DNA from: Nageia nagi
Taxonomy: Eukaryota; Plantae; Pinophyta
DNA length: 64,000 nt
Direction of reading: 5' to 3'
Assembly (NCBI GenBank): GCA_050084985.1
Contig: JBITNC010000001.1
Span: forward strand, 204,414,001 to 204,478,000
The translations under genes were made by a program, and so were the position numbers. Shown here piece after piece: positions 63,193 through 64,000 of this stretch (within the stretch, counting starts at the first letter, position 1; every line of letters starts with the position of its first letter). A model generated the notes under the pieces. It was not told the origin of the DNA and ran no database searches. It saw nothing but the letters and a program-made list of their open reading frames with translations.

Positions 63193-64000
63193 TGTGACAT
63201 CTCCCTTGTATTATTGTACTTGATTATGGAATCCAATGGATTCCCTTTTGTATTATATTTAATTCCTTAATTATGTTTTAAGTTAGTACTTGAGATAGAA
63301 GACTTAATGGGTCATTGGACCCCAATGTGAGCCCTAAGTAGAACGTATCTCTCCCAAGTGTAGATTAGGTGTTTTAATATACTTAGATATCCAGATACAT
63401 GATTATGGGAATACTAAGGTATATTTAGCACTTAATTGGATGGATTAGCACTTAATGTACCAACGTTGAGATTGGAGCACTTGTACACATGTGCTAGCCT
63501 TAGGGAGACTTCTAGACCCCCATGTTTTCCTTTAACACCCACGTTTCCTCCTTAGATGCCCACATATACCTCTTATACCCATGCATGCATTCTTGAACCC
63601 ACATGGAGCATAGGGGAGGTACATATACCTACATTGGACCTAGAATGACTCTTAGGTGCCAACATTGGGGCTTTAGGGTACTGGGTGATGACATTGAGGT
63701 GTAATCCAAATCTAGGAAAGCTATATTATCCCTTGAAGCCTCATTTGCTAGACATGTTGAATTATTGATTATTTCTTATACCATCCAAAGGATAAAAGTA
63801 CTGGTACAATGCTAAATAAGATCCATAGGTGCAACATCTAGGAGGGTTATCAGGTTGGGATCCTATTAATCTATGAGTTTGGTGTAGCATCCTAGCCCAT
63901 TTGGTGGTATTCCAAGGTTGAGCTTTTACCTTTAGTGGTTGTCGAGATTTGGGGAAGGTTCCTTCGGTGGAGAGGAATCAAGTTCTAAGGGAGTAAGACT
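63193..64000 (+). mobile_element. Chromovirus LTR (B/C family) inserted in the preceding LTR; runs off the window
   Basis: Starts TGTGACATCTCCC and is colinear with 41401-42200. Confidence 0.85.

Overview
AT-rich, CpG-depleted plant nuclear DNA that looks like a large-genome gymnosperm (inferred from the element types; the species cannot be determined). The only host gene sequence I can support is the terminal coding exon (58033-58280, +) of the thylakoid lumen protein TLP18.3/PSB32 (UPF0603). No upstream exon is visible, so the preceding ~58 kb may be one giant intron. Nearly everything else is nested, decayed retroelement sequence: Ty3/gypsy chromoviruses (tRNA-Met PBS, chromodomain), solo LTRs, a Tat/Ogre-type protease remnant, a SINE and an RTE-type LINE fragment. 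Two patterns stand out. (1) There are four copies of a giant TG...CA element with no gag/pol and no terminal direct repeats; the three complete copies are 3.7-6.7 kb with 5-bp TSDs, i.e. apparently solo LTRs. They carry a ~1,100-codon accessory ORF or remnants of it. In three copies the ORF is preceded by an array of four-part palindromic sites, CGCATG-N9/10-GWC-N8-RWC-N9/10-CATGCG, with fixed, family-specific spacing. This is a candidate LTR-encoded trans-regulator or anti-silencer with its cognate operators. (2) The chromoviruses fall into complementary halves: three gag+protease elements lack RT/RH/INT, and two RT-RH-INT-CHD elements lack protease, suggesting a bipartite, trans-complementing retrotransposon system. 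All coordinates were read by eye.
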